Assembly (NCBI GenBank): GCA_020718525.1
Contig: DYRX01000005.1
Coordinates: forward strand, 1-34,933
Direction of reading: 5' to 3'
From: Victivallis vadensis
Lineage (GTDB): Bacteria > Verrucomicrobiota > Lentisphaeria > Victivallales > GWF2-50-93
Length of the DNA stretch: 34,933 bases
The notes beneath the pieces were generated by a model that saw nothing but the letters and a program-made list of their open reading frames with translations, was not told the DNA's origin and made no database searches. Both the position numbers and the translations under genes were made by a program. Positions 1 to 7,839 of the stretch are shown piece by piece (the stretch's first letter is position 1; every line of letters begins with the position of its first letter).

Positions 1-69
1 GGATGCAGAAATTGTATTTGTCTGTAAAAAGACTGAATATTGATCTAAATTCAACTGAAAGGAATTGAA

Positions 70-843
70 ATGAGCGGCAAAATCAGAGTCACAGTGTGGA
101 ACGAGTTCAGGCACGAAAAAAAGAACGAGGCGGTCAAAAAGATATATCCAAATGGAATGCATGCAGTTATCGCGGAAGGACTGAAAAAGGACGGATTTGA
201 AGTGAGGACGGCGACACTCGACGAGCCAGAACACGGTCTCAGCGACGAAGTTCTCAATTCGACAGACGTGATGACTTGGTGGGGACATGTAGCGCACGGC
301 GAAGTGAAGGACGAAATTGTGAAAAAGGTGCAGAAGCGCGTCCTCGAAGGCATGGGGATCATTGTCCTCCACTCCGGACATTATTCCAAGATATTCAAAA
401 CTCTGACCGGCACAAACTGCTCGCTGAAATGGCGCGAAGTCGCGGAAAAGGAAAGACTCTGGAACATTGCGCCAAATCATCCAATAACGGATGGGATCGG
501 CGACTACATTGAACTTCCCAACACCGAGATGTACGGCGAACGCTTCGACATCCCAAGTCCCGACGACATCATCTTCATCTCCTGGTTCGAGGGTGGCGAA
601 GTCTTCAGGAGCGGAGTCACCTTCAATCGCGGGAACGGCAAGCTCTTCTATTTCCGCCCCGGACACGAGACCTACCCGATCTATTACAATCCCCAGGTGA
701 TCAAAGTCATATCGAACGCCTGTAAGTGGGCGGCTCCGAGATCTTTCATCAAGGACGTTTGCCCGAATGTGAAGCCTCTCGAGCATATTCCGCCCAAAAA
801 CGTGGACTTCGGCAAGGCAGGCGTGCTTCAGAGCAACGGCTGA
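70..843 (+). CDS. thuA: ThuA-like (trehalose utilization domain) protein, class I glutamine amidotransferase-like fold
   Basis: Motifs [52 protein letters not shown]; AAGGA RBS upstream of ATG. Confidence 0.88.
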   Translation: MSGKIRVTVWNEFRHEKKNEAVKKIYPNGMHAVIAEGLKKDGFEVRTATLDEPEHGLSDEVLNSTDVMTWWGHVAHGEVKDEIVKKVQKRVLEGMGIIVLHSGHYSKIFKTLTGTNCSLKWREVAEKERLWNIAPNHPITDGIGDYIELPNTEMYGERFDIPSPDDIIFISWFEGGEVFRSGVTFNRGNGKLFYFRPGHETYPIYYNPQVIKVISNACKWAAPRSFIKDVCPNVKPLEHIPPKNVDFGKAGVLQSNG

Positions 844-879
844 TCCAATCCAGTCGAGGACTATCCATAGGAGGCAGAC

Positions 880-1923
880 ATGAACAAGTTGAGAGTTGGC
901 GTCATAGGTCTTGGAATGGGCGTTGCGCACGTGAACGGCTTCCGTTCTCACGAGTGCGCAGATTTGGTCGCGGCGGCAGACACGGATCCAAAAAGGCTGG
1001 AGGAGAGGGGTGGAAGGGATCTGAAGATTCCAGGTCTCTATCTTTCCGCAGAAGAGATGCTCGCGAAGGAAAACTTGGATATTGTCAGCATCGCCACGCC
1101 AAATAAACTTCATAAGCCGCTTGCTATCATGGCCTTCAAAAAAGGATGCCATGTCCTTTGTGAAAAACCCATGGCGATGAATGCGGCTGAGGCGAGGGAA
1201 ATGCTTGCGGCATCAAAAAAGGCGAAAAAACGCCTCATGATCAATTTCAGCTTCAGATTCACAGAGCAGTCATTTGCAATGAAGCAGGAGATTGACAAGG
1301 GAATCTTGGGCGAAATCTACTACGCGAGAACGCAATGGCTGAGGAGGCGCGGAATGCCCGGATTCGGCGGCTGGTTTGGTCAGAAGGCCCTTTCCGGAGG
1401 CGGTCCGCTCATAGATCTTGGCGTGCACAGGCTTGATCTCGCCCTTTGGCTGATGGGCTATCCCAAGCCGGAATGGGTGATGGGCAACACTTACAACCAT
1501 ATAGCCTCTGAGCGCGCAAAAGCCGAAAAGAAGGCTTTCGACGTCGAAGACATGGCTGTCGGATTCATCAAATTCAAGAACGGCGCGTCTCTGACTCTCG
1601 AGGCGTCCTGGGCAGGAAACATCAAGGACAGAGAGTACATGCACACTCAACTGCTCGGTTCCAAGGCGGGACTGCACCAGTACAATCTCAACGAAGGCTA
1701 CAGCTTCGAGTGCGAGTTCTACCTCGAAAAGAGCGGCGCGCAATACGACATGAAACTGCATCCTCCGGTTCCCCAGGCCAAAAACGCGATGTTTCATTTC
1801 GTTGACAGCATTGTCAGCGGAAAGCCGCACACTGCGACTGGCGAAGAGGGACTCATAATTATGGAAATCCTGGACTCCCTCTACAAGAGTGCTGAGGAAG
1901 GATGCCCCGTCAAGATAAAGTAG
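880..1923 (+). CDS. Gfo/Idh/MocA family NAD(P)-dependent oxidoreductase
   Basis: Rossmann start RVGVIGLGMG; IATPNKLH, HVLCEKP, GGGPLIDLGVHRLD; GGAGG RBS. This family commonly pairs with ThuA. Confidence 0.92.
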   Translation: MNKLRVGVIGLGMGVAHVNGFRSHECADLVAAADTDPKRLEERGGRDLKIPGLYLSAEEMLAKENLDIVSIATPNKLHKPLAIMAFKKGCHVLCEKPMAMNAAEAREMLAASKKAKKRLMINFSFRFTEQSFAMKQEIDKGILGEIYYARTQWLRRRGMPGFGGWFGQKALSGGGPLIDLGVHRLDLALWLMGYPKPEWVMGNTYNHIASERAKAEKKAFDVEDMAVGFIKFKNGASLTLEASWAGNIKDREYMHTQLLGSKAGLHQYNLNEGYSFECEFYLEKSGAQYDMKLHPPVPQAKNAMFHFVDSIVSGKPHTATGEEGLIIMEILDSLYKSAEEGCPVKIK

Positions 1924-1925
1924 TT

Positions 1926-2369
1926 CTATAGCGGATCGAATCCTTCTGGCGCAAGAACAAAGTCGCTGAAGTCGAAGGCTGGAGAAACGACAGTGGAAAA
2001 GAGGGTCCAGGCATCAGGGGAGTCGCATGACAGCGAAGTGGTCTGCCATGTCCCGGCAGGAATGAAGGACTGAAAAAGCTCCGATTTCTGCGCCTGGGCT
2101 CCGAGAATCCTTTTTTCCCGGCGTCCGTCTGCAAAGAGCAGTTTCTGCTCCGCCGCCGCGCCTGCATGATAGAACCATATTTCGTCTGATCTGAGCATGT
2201 GCCAGCGTGAAAAGGATCCGGATCTGATGAGATAGAATATCGCGCTGGAATGCGCCTTTTCTCCGCAATGTGGATCGGATCGGTATGTCTCCCTGAAAAA
2301 GCCGCCTTCCTGCTGAAGAGCCTCCAGTCCAAGAATCCTGATCATAGAGTCTGCATCAATCAATTTCAT
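1926..2369 (-). CDS. Cupin_5 (DUF985) family protein
   Basis: LGL...EGGFFRETYRS, SAIFYLI, WH.LRSDEIWFYHAG, IPAGTWQ, VSPAFDFSDF; convergent with the oxidoreductase, stops 2 bp apart. Confidence 0.88.
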   Translation of the reverse strand: MKLIDADSMIRILGLEALQQEGGFFRETYRSDPHCGEKAHSSAIFYLIRSGSFSRWHMLRSDEIWFYHAGAAAEQKLLFADGRREKRILGAQAQKSELFQSFIPAGTWQTTSLSCDSPDAWTLFSTVVSPAFDFSDFVLAPEGFDPL

Positions 2370-2389
2370 GCTTTTCTGCCTTTTATTGT

Positions 2390-2421
2390 TTGAAAAAATG
2401 AGAAAACGCTTTAAGTTCGCC
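2390..2421 (+). promoter_or_regulatory. Putative sigma70 promoter for tRNA-Cys
   Basis: TTGAAA (2390-2395), 16 bp spacer, TAAGTT (2412-2417), then GC-rich CGCC discriminator; geometry typical of stable-RNA promoters. Confidence 0.4.
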
Positions 2422-2440
2422 TGTTCTCAAGCCGGTTTGC

Positions 2441-2515
<75 letters not shown>

Positions 2516-2577
2516 TATTTCTCCTCGTAAATATTCGTCCTTGACACTCAGTATTCCATTCTTCTTCCAACTGGCTC

Positions 2578-2624
2578 TTGAATTAAGCTTTCCCTGAATT
2601 ATAATCTGGACAAGTCAAATCCAG
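2578..2624 (+). promoter_or_regulatory. Putative sigma70 promoter of the nucleotidyltransferase gene pair, with a short downstream inverted repeat
   Basis: TTGAAT (2578-2583), 16 bp, perfect TATAAT (2600-2605), followed directly by CTGGA-N9-TCCAG (2606-2624). Confidence 0.45.
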
Positions 2625-2634
2625 TTCCATTGCA

Positions 2635-3132
2635 ATGCCAATGAATATAGATCGGATCATTGAAACCTTCAACCGGCACCGGGTCGCCTGTCTTCTCATT
2701 GGCGGGGTTAATTTTCTTCTTCGCCACGAGCCATATTTGACGTTCGACATTGACTTTTGGATCATGGACTGTCCAGAAAATCTCAGAAGATGCGAAGAAG
2801 CTCTTGCCTCCCTCGATGCCGAATGGGGAGCTGGCGACGATGACTGGAAGCCTGTCGTGCAAAGACCGCCAGGCTGGCTGGCATCTCAGGCTGTATTTTG
2901 TCTTGCAAGCCCTTTTGGAGCCATTGGCATATTCCGTTTCGTCCAAGGTCTCGCCAACTGGGAGGAATCAAATCTGAACGCGTTGTCAGGGCAAACAGCT
3001 TCCGGCGTTGAGTACAGGGGGATTTCTGATAGAGACATGCTCCTCTGCCAGGAAGCTCTGCCTGAGCCGATGAGGAAGCTAGACAGAGTCAGAACACTCA
3101 GAAAGGCATTGTCAGCAAATGACACAGTTTGA
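2635..3132 (+). CDS. Small Pol-beta-superfamily nucleotidyltransferase (DUF6036/AbiEii-like); start may be 2641
   Basis: hhIGG...T.DID signature (LLIGGVNFLLRHEPYLTFDIDFW); C-terminal helix with RKLDR. Confidence 0.72.
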   Translation: MPMNIDRIIETFNRHRVACLLIGGVNFLLRHEPYLTFDIDFWIMDCPENLRRCEEALASLDAEWGAGDDDWKPVVQRPPGWLASQAVFCLASPFGAIGIFRFVQGLANWEESNLNALSGQTASGVEYRGISDRDMLLCQEALPEPMRKLDRVRTLRKALSANDTV

Positions 3133-3304
3133 ACAGCAGGCGCTCGAGGAAGATCGCAGAGATCGCAAATTCAACAAGCTTGATCGCTGGCGAGCCATTC
3201 AGGACACCATAGCCTGGGCGGATCTCCAGCAGTCAGAACCTCGCAACAGCCGCTCATCCCGCCTCAAAGAGCAGAAAAGAAAAAACACGGCGTCGTCAGG
3301 CTAA
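3119..3304 (+). CDS. Small charged hypothetical protein (61 aa), candidate partner of the nucleotidyltransferase
   Basis: Overlaps the upstream gene by 14 bp; amphipathic core RWRAIQDTIAWAD; fills the gap before the next intergenic region. Confidence 0.55.
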   Translation: MTQFEQQALEEDRRDRKFNKLDRWRAIQDTIAWADLQQSEPRNSRSSRLKEQKRKNTASSG

Positions 3305-3483
3305 TCTTTGGCGGCAAGGGGAGAGGTGTACCTGGACAAAGCCCCCTGCCCTGCCCCATCTTGCGATGAAATGTTTTTTTGTCTTGAAATTGATTCGCCA
3401 ATGGCTATTTTGCTTTGCATGGCGATTTGCTCGCCGCAGTTCGTGGGTGTAAAAAAAAACTTGCCTAGCCGGGGAGAAAGATC

Positions 3484-4566
3484 ATGAAAGACAATTTCTG
3501 CGTCATCATGGCAGGAGGGATAGGAAGTCGCTTCTGGCCTCTGAGCAAGACCAGCAAGCCCAAGCAGTTTTTGGACATAATGGGAGTTGGCAGGACATTT
3601 CTTCAGCTCACCTGCGATCGTCTCAAGCCTATCTGCCCTGAGGAGAACTTCTTCATTGTCACCAACGAAATTTACAAAGATTTGGTTCTTGAACAGATTC
3701 CGTTTTTGAGCGACGAGCAGGTGCTTCTTGAGCCGGTCAGGCGCAACACCGCCCCCTGCATCGCGTATGCAAACTGCGAAATTCGCAAGAGAAACAAGAA
3801 CGCCAAAATGATTGTCGCGCCTGCGGATCACCTGATACTAAAACAGGATGAATTTCTGCGCGTTTTGAAAAACGGCCTCGATTTCGCCTCAAAAAATGAC
3901 GCATTGCTCACAATCGGCATAAGGCCCAGCCGTCCCGACACCGGCTACGGCTACATCCGGAAATCTTCGCAGAAGGAAGGACTCTCAGGATACGACGAGA
4001 TTTACAAAGTTGACCGTTTCACCGAAAAGCCCAATCTTGAACTCGCAAAATCCTTCTGCGAAAGCGGGGACTACCTCTGGAATTCGGGAATATTTGTCTG
4101 GTCCCTCTCCTCCATAGACAATGCCATTGAAAAATATATGAACGATGTTTTCAGGCTCTTCTCAAGTCTGGCCAGTGGCAAGCCGGACAGGGAAAGCATA
4201 GGACGCGTCTATGCGGCTTCGCCAAACATTTCGATTGATTATGGCGTCATGGAAAAGGCGCCGAATGTATATGTTCATGATGCGGATTTCGCCTGGTCGG
4301 ATCTCGGAACCTGGGGCTCCCTGTATGAAAACATGCACAAGGACGGGACCGCCAACGCCGTGGCATCCGGAGATGCAATGCTCTACGACACAAGAAATTG
4401 CGTAGTCAACGTTCCTCCAAAAAAATTGGTCCTCATACAGGGGCTTGACGGATACATTGTTGTTGATTCCGGGGAGAGCCTGATGATTTGCAAAAAGGAT
4501 GAGGAGCAGAGAATAAAGCAGTTTGTCGGAGACATACAGAGCAGGAAAGGAAGCAATTTTGTCTAA
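3484..4566 (+). CDS. manC: Mannose-1-phosphate guanylyltransferase (monofunctional, no PMI cupin domain)
   Basis: IMAGGIGSRFWPLS..KPKQFL, EPVRRNTAP, PADH, TGYGYI, FTEKP, WNSGIF, SIDYGVMEK, WSDLGTW. Confidence 0.95.
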   Translation: MKDNFCVIMAGGIGSRFWPLSKTSKPKQFLDIMGVGRTFLQLTCDRLKPICPEENFFIVTNEIYKDLVLEQIPFLSDEQVLLEPVRRNTAPCIAYANCEIRKRNKNAKMIVAPADHLILKQDEFLRVLKNGLDFASKNDALLTIGIRPSRPDTGYGYIRKSSQKEGLSGYDEIYKVDRFTEKPNLELAKSFCESGDYLWNSGIFVWSLSSIDNAIEKYMNDVFRLFSSLASGKPDRESIGRVYAASPNISIDYGVMEKAPNVYVHDADFAWSDLGTWGSLYENMHKDGTANAVASGDAMLYDTRNCVVNVPPKKLVLIQGLDGYIVVDSGESLMICKKDEEQRIKQFVGDIQSRKGSNFV

Positions 4567-4659
4567 AAGCCTTTGCATAATTCTTGTAAAGCAGGTCTTT
4601 CATAATTCCAAACTCGATGTATCTTAACAGCAATTGAACAACATATCGGAGAAATGGTC

Positions 4660-4998
4660 ATGAACATATCGGTTGACAAAAAAGGAACGGTTACGCTGAT
4701 CACGCTGACAGGAAAAATTGACTCGTCCAACTCGAAGGATTTGAAGACGAAGTTTTCCCAGCTCCGCGCCTCGCCCGACAATTACGTCATGGACTTCAAA
4801 GATGTGGAATTCATTGACAGTTCGGGTCTGGGCGCATTTGTCGCATGCCTGAAGAGCGCGCTCGAGACAGGCGGCAACATCAAGATCGCGAATCTTCAGA
4901 AAAAGGTTCGCATGGTCTTCGAAATAACGAGAATTCACAAGATTTGCGACATATTCGACAGCGTGGATGCGGCACTGGCCTCATACTCGCGGGCCTGA
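4660..4998 (+). CDS. STAS-domain anti-sigma-factor antagonist (SpoIIAA/RsbV/SypA-like)
   Basis: LTGKID and VEFIDSSGLGAFV with phosphoacceptor Ser at codon 4819-4821; VRMVFEITR. GGAG at 4648 favours ATG 4660 over 4654. Confidence 0.93.
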   Translation: MNISVDKKGTVTLITLTGKIDSSNSKDLKTKFSQLRASPDNYVMDFKDVEFIDSSGLGAFVACLKSALETGGNIKIANLQKKVRMVFEITRIHKICDIFDSVDAALASYSRA

Positions 4999-5031
4999 GC
5001 CGGGGAACTGCACAGCTAGCGGAGCTCCGTC

Positions 5032-6456
5032 ATGAAATGTGTAATCTCGCTCAATTTTTCCGGCTCCTCGTGGGCGACTTCTGTTTTTCCAGGCGCTTCT
5101 GCGCAGACTCTTAAAATAGCTAATAAAGCCTGGTGCGAGTATCTCCTCGACTTTTGCTTTGTCTCCTCCATAAAGGATGTCCGAATTCTCGTTGACGATG
5201 CCGGAGACAAGGTGGAGGATTATTTTTCCGACGGAATGAAGTGGGGACTCTCCATCTCCTACGGATTTTCCCGCGAGGGGGACGGCACGGACGAGATCAT
5301 CCTGAAAAACAGGGATTTCGTATCTGGCAATCAGCTTCTGCTGATCTCTGGTCCAGTCTTCATCAATTATTCTGCAAAGGCTCCAAAGAGCGTTTTTTTC
5401 CAAAAAACCGGACGGGAACTCCGTTCAAAGGACGGACTTGGTCGTCTCCTTCTTCTTGACATTTCATCGGACGGCAAAGTCCTTGAGCCGCCAAGTCTCT
5501 TTTCCCAGGAGGAAGCCGCCTTGGAAATTATGACAATATCCAGCGTCAAGGACTACTACGACGCCAACATGATGGTCATAAGGGAGAAAAGGGCGAACTT
5601 TGTGCTTCCCGGATACAGCAATGAAGACGGAGTCTATCTTGGGCAGAATGTTTCGACAAACAGGACAGCCCGTCTGGAAAAGCCCCTGATGCTGGGGGAC
5701 AATGTCGAGCTTGGCGCACTCTGCGTTTTGGGACCATCCGCGATAATCGGCTCGAATGTGATCATTGACGACAGCTCGGTGATTGAGAACTCCATCGTCT
5801 GCGACGGGACCTATGTGGGACGGGATTTGGACATATCCGGAAAAATCGTATCGCAGTCCAGTCTGATAGATCCTGAATCCGGTGAAAAATTCGTACTTGC
5901 AGACAAATTCATACTTTCCGGAGAGGCGATTTCAGAGTTCATGCTGAAGCTGAAAAAACTGCGTTCCTTCATAGCGGCGCTAGTCCTTGTCGTCGCCATC
6001 TGCCCTTTCTATCTGATATTTATCATATTTTCCAAAATTTTCGGCATTCTGGCGCCCGTCGAGAAGACTTACATCGCCTCTGATAGGAAAAGCAGGGCTA
6101 AAACTACGTTTTTCAAAGATCCTGACTCCTTTGCATCGAGACTCTTCTTCAGGCTTTCCTTGGACAAGTTCCCTCTTCTCCTCGAAGTGCTGAAGGGCAA
6201 TATTTTTGTCGCGGGCAACAGCCTTGCAGACTCGGACGAAGCAGGCGAGAAGTCTCTTGAAAATCTTCCGATCTACCTGCCGGGGGTTTTCACATACGCA
6301 GAGACTGTCTCCGAGTTTGGAGCCATCCCGCCGGAAGAAAGGATGATTCACGACATGTATTACAGCCACAGGCCGTCCTTGCTTCTGGATCTTAAAATTG
6401 TCCTGACAGTATTTTTCTCCAGATTATTCGGTCGCTTTTATCCTCATTCAGCGTGA
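5032..6456 (+). CDS. Fusion of degenerate NDP-sugar pyrophosphorylase domain, left-handed beta-helix, TM helix and degenerate sugar transferase (PGT) domain
   Basis: LKIANKAWCEYLLD and YFSDGMKWGLSISY match the NTP-transferase fold but GGxGTRL is absent; hexapeptide repeats (LGDNVELGALCVLGPSAIIGSNVII); C-terminal LDKFPLLLEVLKG and DMYY....SLLLDLKIVLTV resemble Bac_transf. Confidence 0.75.
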   Translation: MKCVISLNFSGSSWATSVFPGASAQTLKIANKAWCEYLLDFCFVSSIKDVRILVDDAGDKVEDYFSDGMKWGLSISYGFSREGDGTDEIILKNRDFVSGNQLLLISGPVFINYSAKAPKSVFFQKTGRELRSKDGLGRLLLLDISSDGKVLEPPSLFSQEEAALEIMTISSVKDYYDANMMVIREKRANFVLPGYSNEDGVYLGQNVSTNRTARLEKPLMLGDNVELGALCVLGPSAIIGSNVIIDDSSVIENSIVCDGTYVGRDLDISGKIVSQSSLIDPESGEKFVLADKFILSGEAISEFMLKLKKLRSFIAALVLVVAICPFYLIFIIFSKIFGILAPVEKTYIASDRKSRAKTTFFKDPDSFASRLFFRLSLDKFPLLLEVLKGNIFVAGNSLADSDEAGEKSLENLPIYLPGVFTYAETVSEFGAIPPEERMIHDMYYSHRPSLLLDLKIVLTVFFSRLFGRFYPHSA

Positions 6457-6462
6457 AAATTT

Positions 6463-6524
6463 GCATATTGACGGGCAAGATTTGGGATTGGATTTTTTTG
6501 TTCCGCCTGAGGGCTGATATGAAT
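6463..6524 (+). repeat. 62-bp direct repeat, copy 1 (copy 2 at 34778-34839)
   Basis: GCATATTGACGGGCAAGATTTGGGATTGGATTTTTTTGTTCCGCCTGAGGGCTGATATGAAT; first 40 nt identical to copy 2, 4 mismatches in total. Confidence 0.95.
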
Positions 6525-6699
6525 GGTGGCGCGATTTTGGAGCGTTTTATTCGTGGGGGGGAGTAGGAGGACGCAGAGCCGCCATATTGGCTGGCGTTTA
6601 GCGAGCTTTTTCTTTGCCGCATGTCTTTGCGCAAACTTGAAGGGACAATTCGCGATTGCTCGAATCTTCAACCCAAGCATAAAAAGGTCAACACAGATC

Positions 6700-7839
6700 A
6701 TGAGCGGATCAAAATACACTGTTTACGGCGGCTCAGAGATTGACACGCTGATTGAATCGCACATGAACAAGCTCGTTTCCGCCGTCTTGAAGGGCGGATC
6801 GGGAACGCTTTCGGCGATCGTTCTTGGGGGAGGCTACGGCAGAGGAGAGGGCGGAGTCAAAAAGATTGGCGGCAAGGATTTCCTCTTCAACGACTACGAT
6901 CTTTTTCTCATATCGAAGAATTTGAGCAGAAAAGAGAAGGCGAAGCAAAATGCGGCATTCAAGAAGGTCGCGCACAATCTTTCCTCCGAGTTCGGCATAG
7001 AGGTTGACTTCAGCCCCCTTAAAAATGAGTCGGAGCTGAGCTCGCTCGACTATGAAATGGTCTGGCTCGAAGCCAAACTCGGCCACGTCGTCCTTTGGGG
7101 CAATCAGAATGTCTTTGACAGAATTCCCAATTGGGATCTGAAAGATATGCCCCTGGAGGAGGCGGCGAGGCTTCTGATGAACAGGGGAATGGGAATCCTG
7201 CTTTCAAAAGGAAGGCTCGGACACGGGGACGAAGATGCGGAAAGCATGGAGTTTGTCGAGAGAAATGCCTGGAAGGCAATCATGGCGGCAGGCGACACCC
7301 ATCTAATCCTCAACCGCGCCTACGACTCATCATACAGAAAGCGCCTTGAAAACTTCAAGGAGCTTCCATCCGGCAAAGATTGTCTCGCACCCGACTTTGG
7401 CGCCTTCTATGCGAAATCCATCGGCTACAAGCTTCTTCCACCGGAAAATCCACCATCGAAACAGGATGCGTCAAGTCTTCTCGCAAAGGCAACAGAGTTT
7501 CTTCTCGCCTCTCAGATTGCCGTCGCATCGAGAATGGCGGGCAGAAAAATGGAACTCAAAGACCTGGCAGACTGCCCCCCCAACATATGCGCCTCGAAAG
7601 GTTTCAAGGGAATAGCAAAGAACATTGTCCTCAACGCGATGAAGTTCGGACCATTCCAGACGCCGTCCTCATTCCTGAAGCACCCGAGAGGAAGAATTTT
7701 TGCGGCGATTCCGTTTTTCTCCGGAGCAGTAGAATTCGATCCTCTAAAGCTTTCGCGTCTGCTCGGACTTCGCGGAACTGAAACGGACAGGACAGTCCTT
7801 TTCAACGCACTCGTCAAGCTTTGGGAGAGGTTTAGTTGA
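6700..7839 (+). CDS. Pol-beta-superfamily nucleotidyltransferase-domain protein of unknown function
   Basis: SAIVLGGGYGRGEGG...NDYDLF, third acidic residue in EVDF, helical C-terminal domain (WKAIMAAGD..L....YDSSYRKR). Start at ATG 6700 (AAAAGG upstream), not the track's 6523. Confidence 0.7.
   Translation: MSGSKYTVYGGSEIDTLIESHMNKLVSAVLKGGSGTLSAIVLGGGYGRGEGGVKKIGGKDFLFNDYDLFLISKNLSRKEKAKQNAAFKKVAHNLSSEFGIEVDFSPLKNESELSSLDYEMVWLEAKLGHVVLWGNQNVFDRIPNWDLKDMPLEEAARLLMNRGMGILLSKGRLGHGDEDAESMEFVERNAWKAIMAAGDTHLILNRAYDSSYRKRLENFKELPSGKDCLAPDFGAFYAKSIGYKLLPPENPPSKQDASSLLAKATEFLLASQIAVASRMAGRKMELKDLADCPPNICASKGFKGIAKNIVLNAMKFGPFQTPSSFLKHPRGRIFAAIPFFSGAVEFDPLKLSRLLGLRGTETDRTVLFNALVKLWERFS

Noticed and set aside
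2541-2546. Perfect TTGACA after the tRNA
   Set aside because: No -10 element at 16-18 bp spacing.
3420-3436. Sigma54-like GG-N10-GC (TGGCGATTTGCTCGCC) upstream of manC, and a similar one near 6591
   Set aside because: Lacks CAC and TTGC consensus bases, no enhancer-binding protein in view, and also explained as a short palindrome.
3451-3459. A9 homopolymer upstream of manC as a phase-variation switch
   Set aside because: Not in coding sequence nor demonstrably within a promoter spacer; A/T runs are frequent in this sequence.
6523-6699. 59-codon N-terminal extension of the NTase ORF in the track
   Set aside because: Starts inside the repeat and looks non-coding; ATG 6700 has its own RBS-like sequence and begins the recognisable domain.
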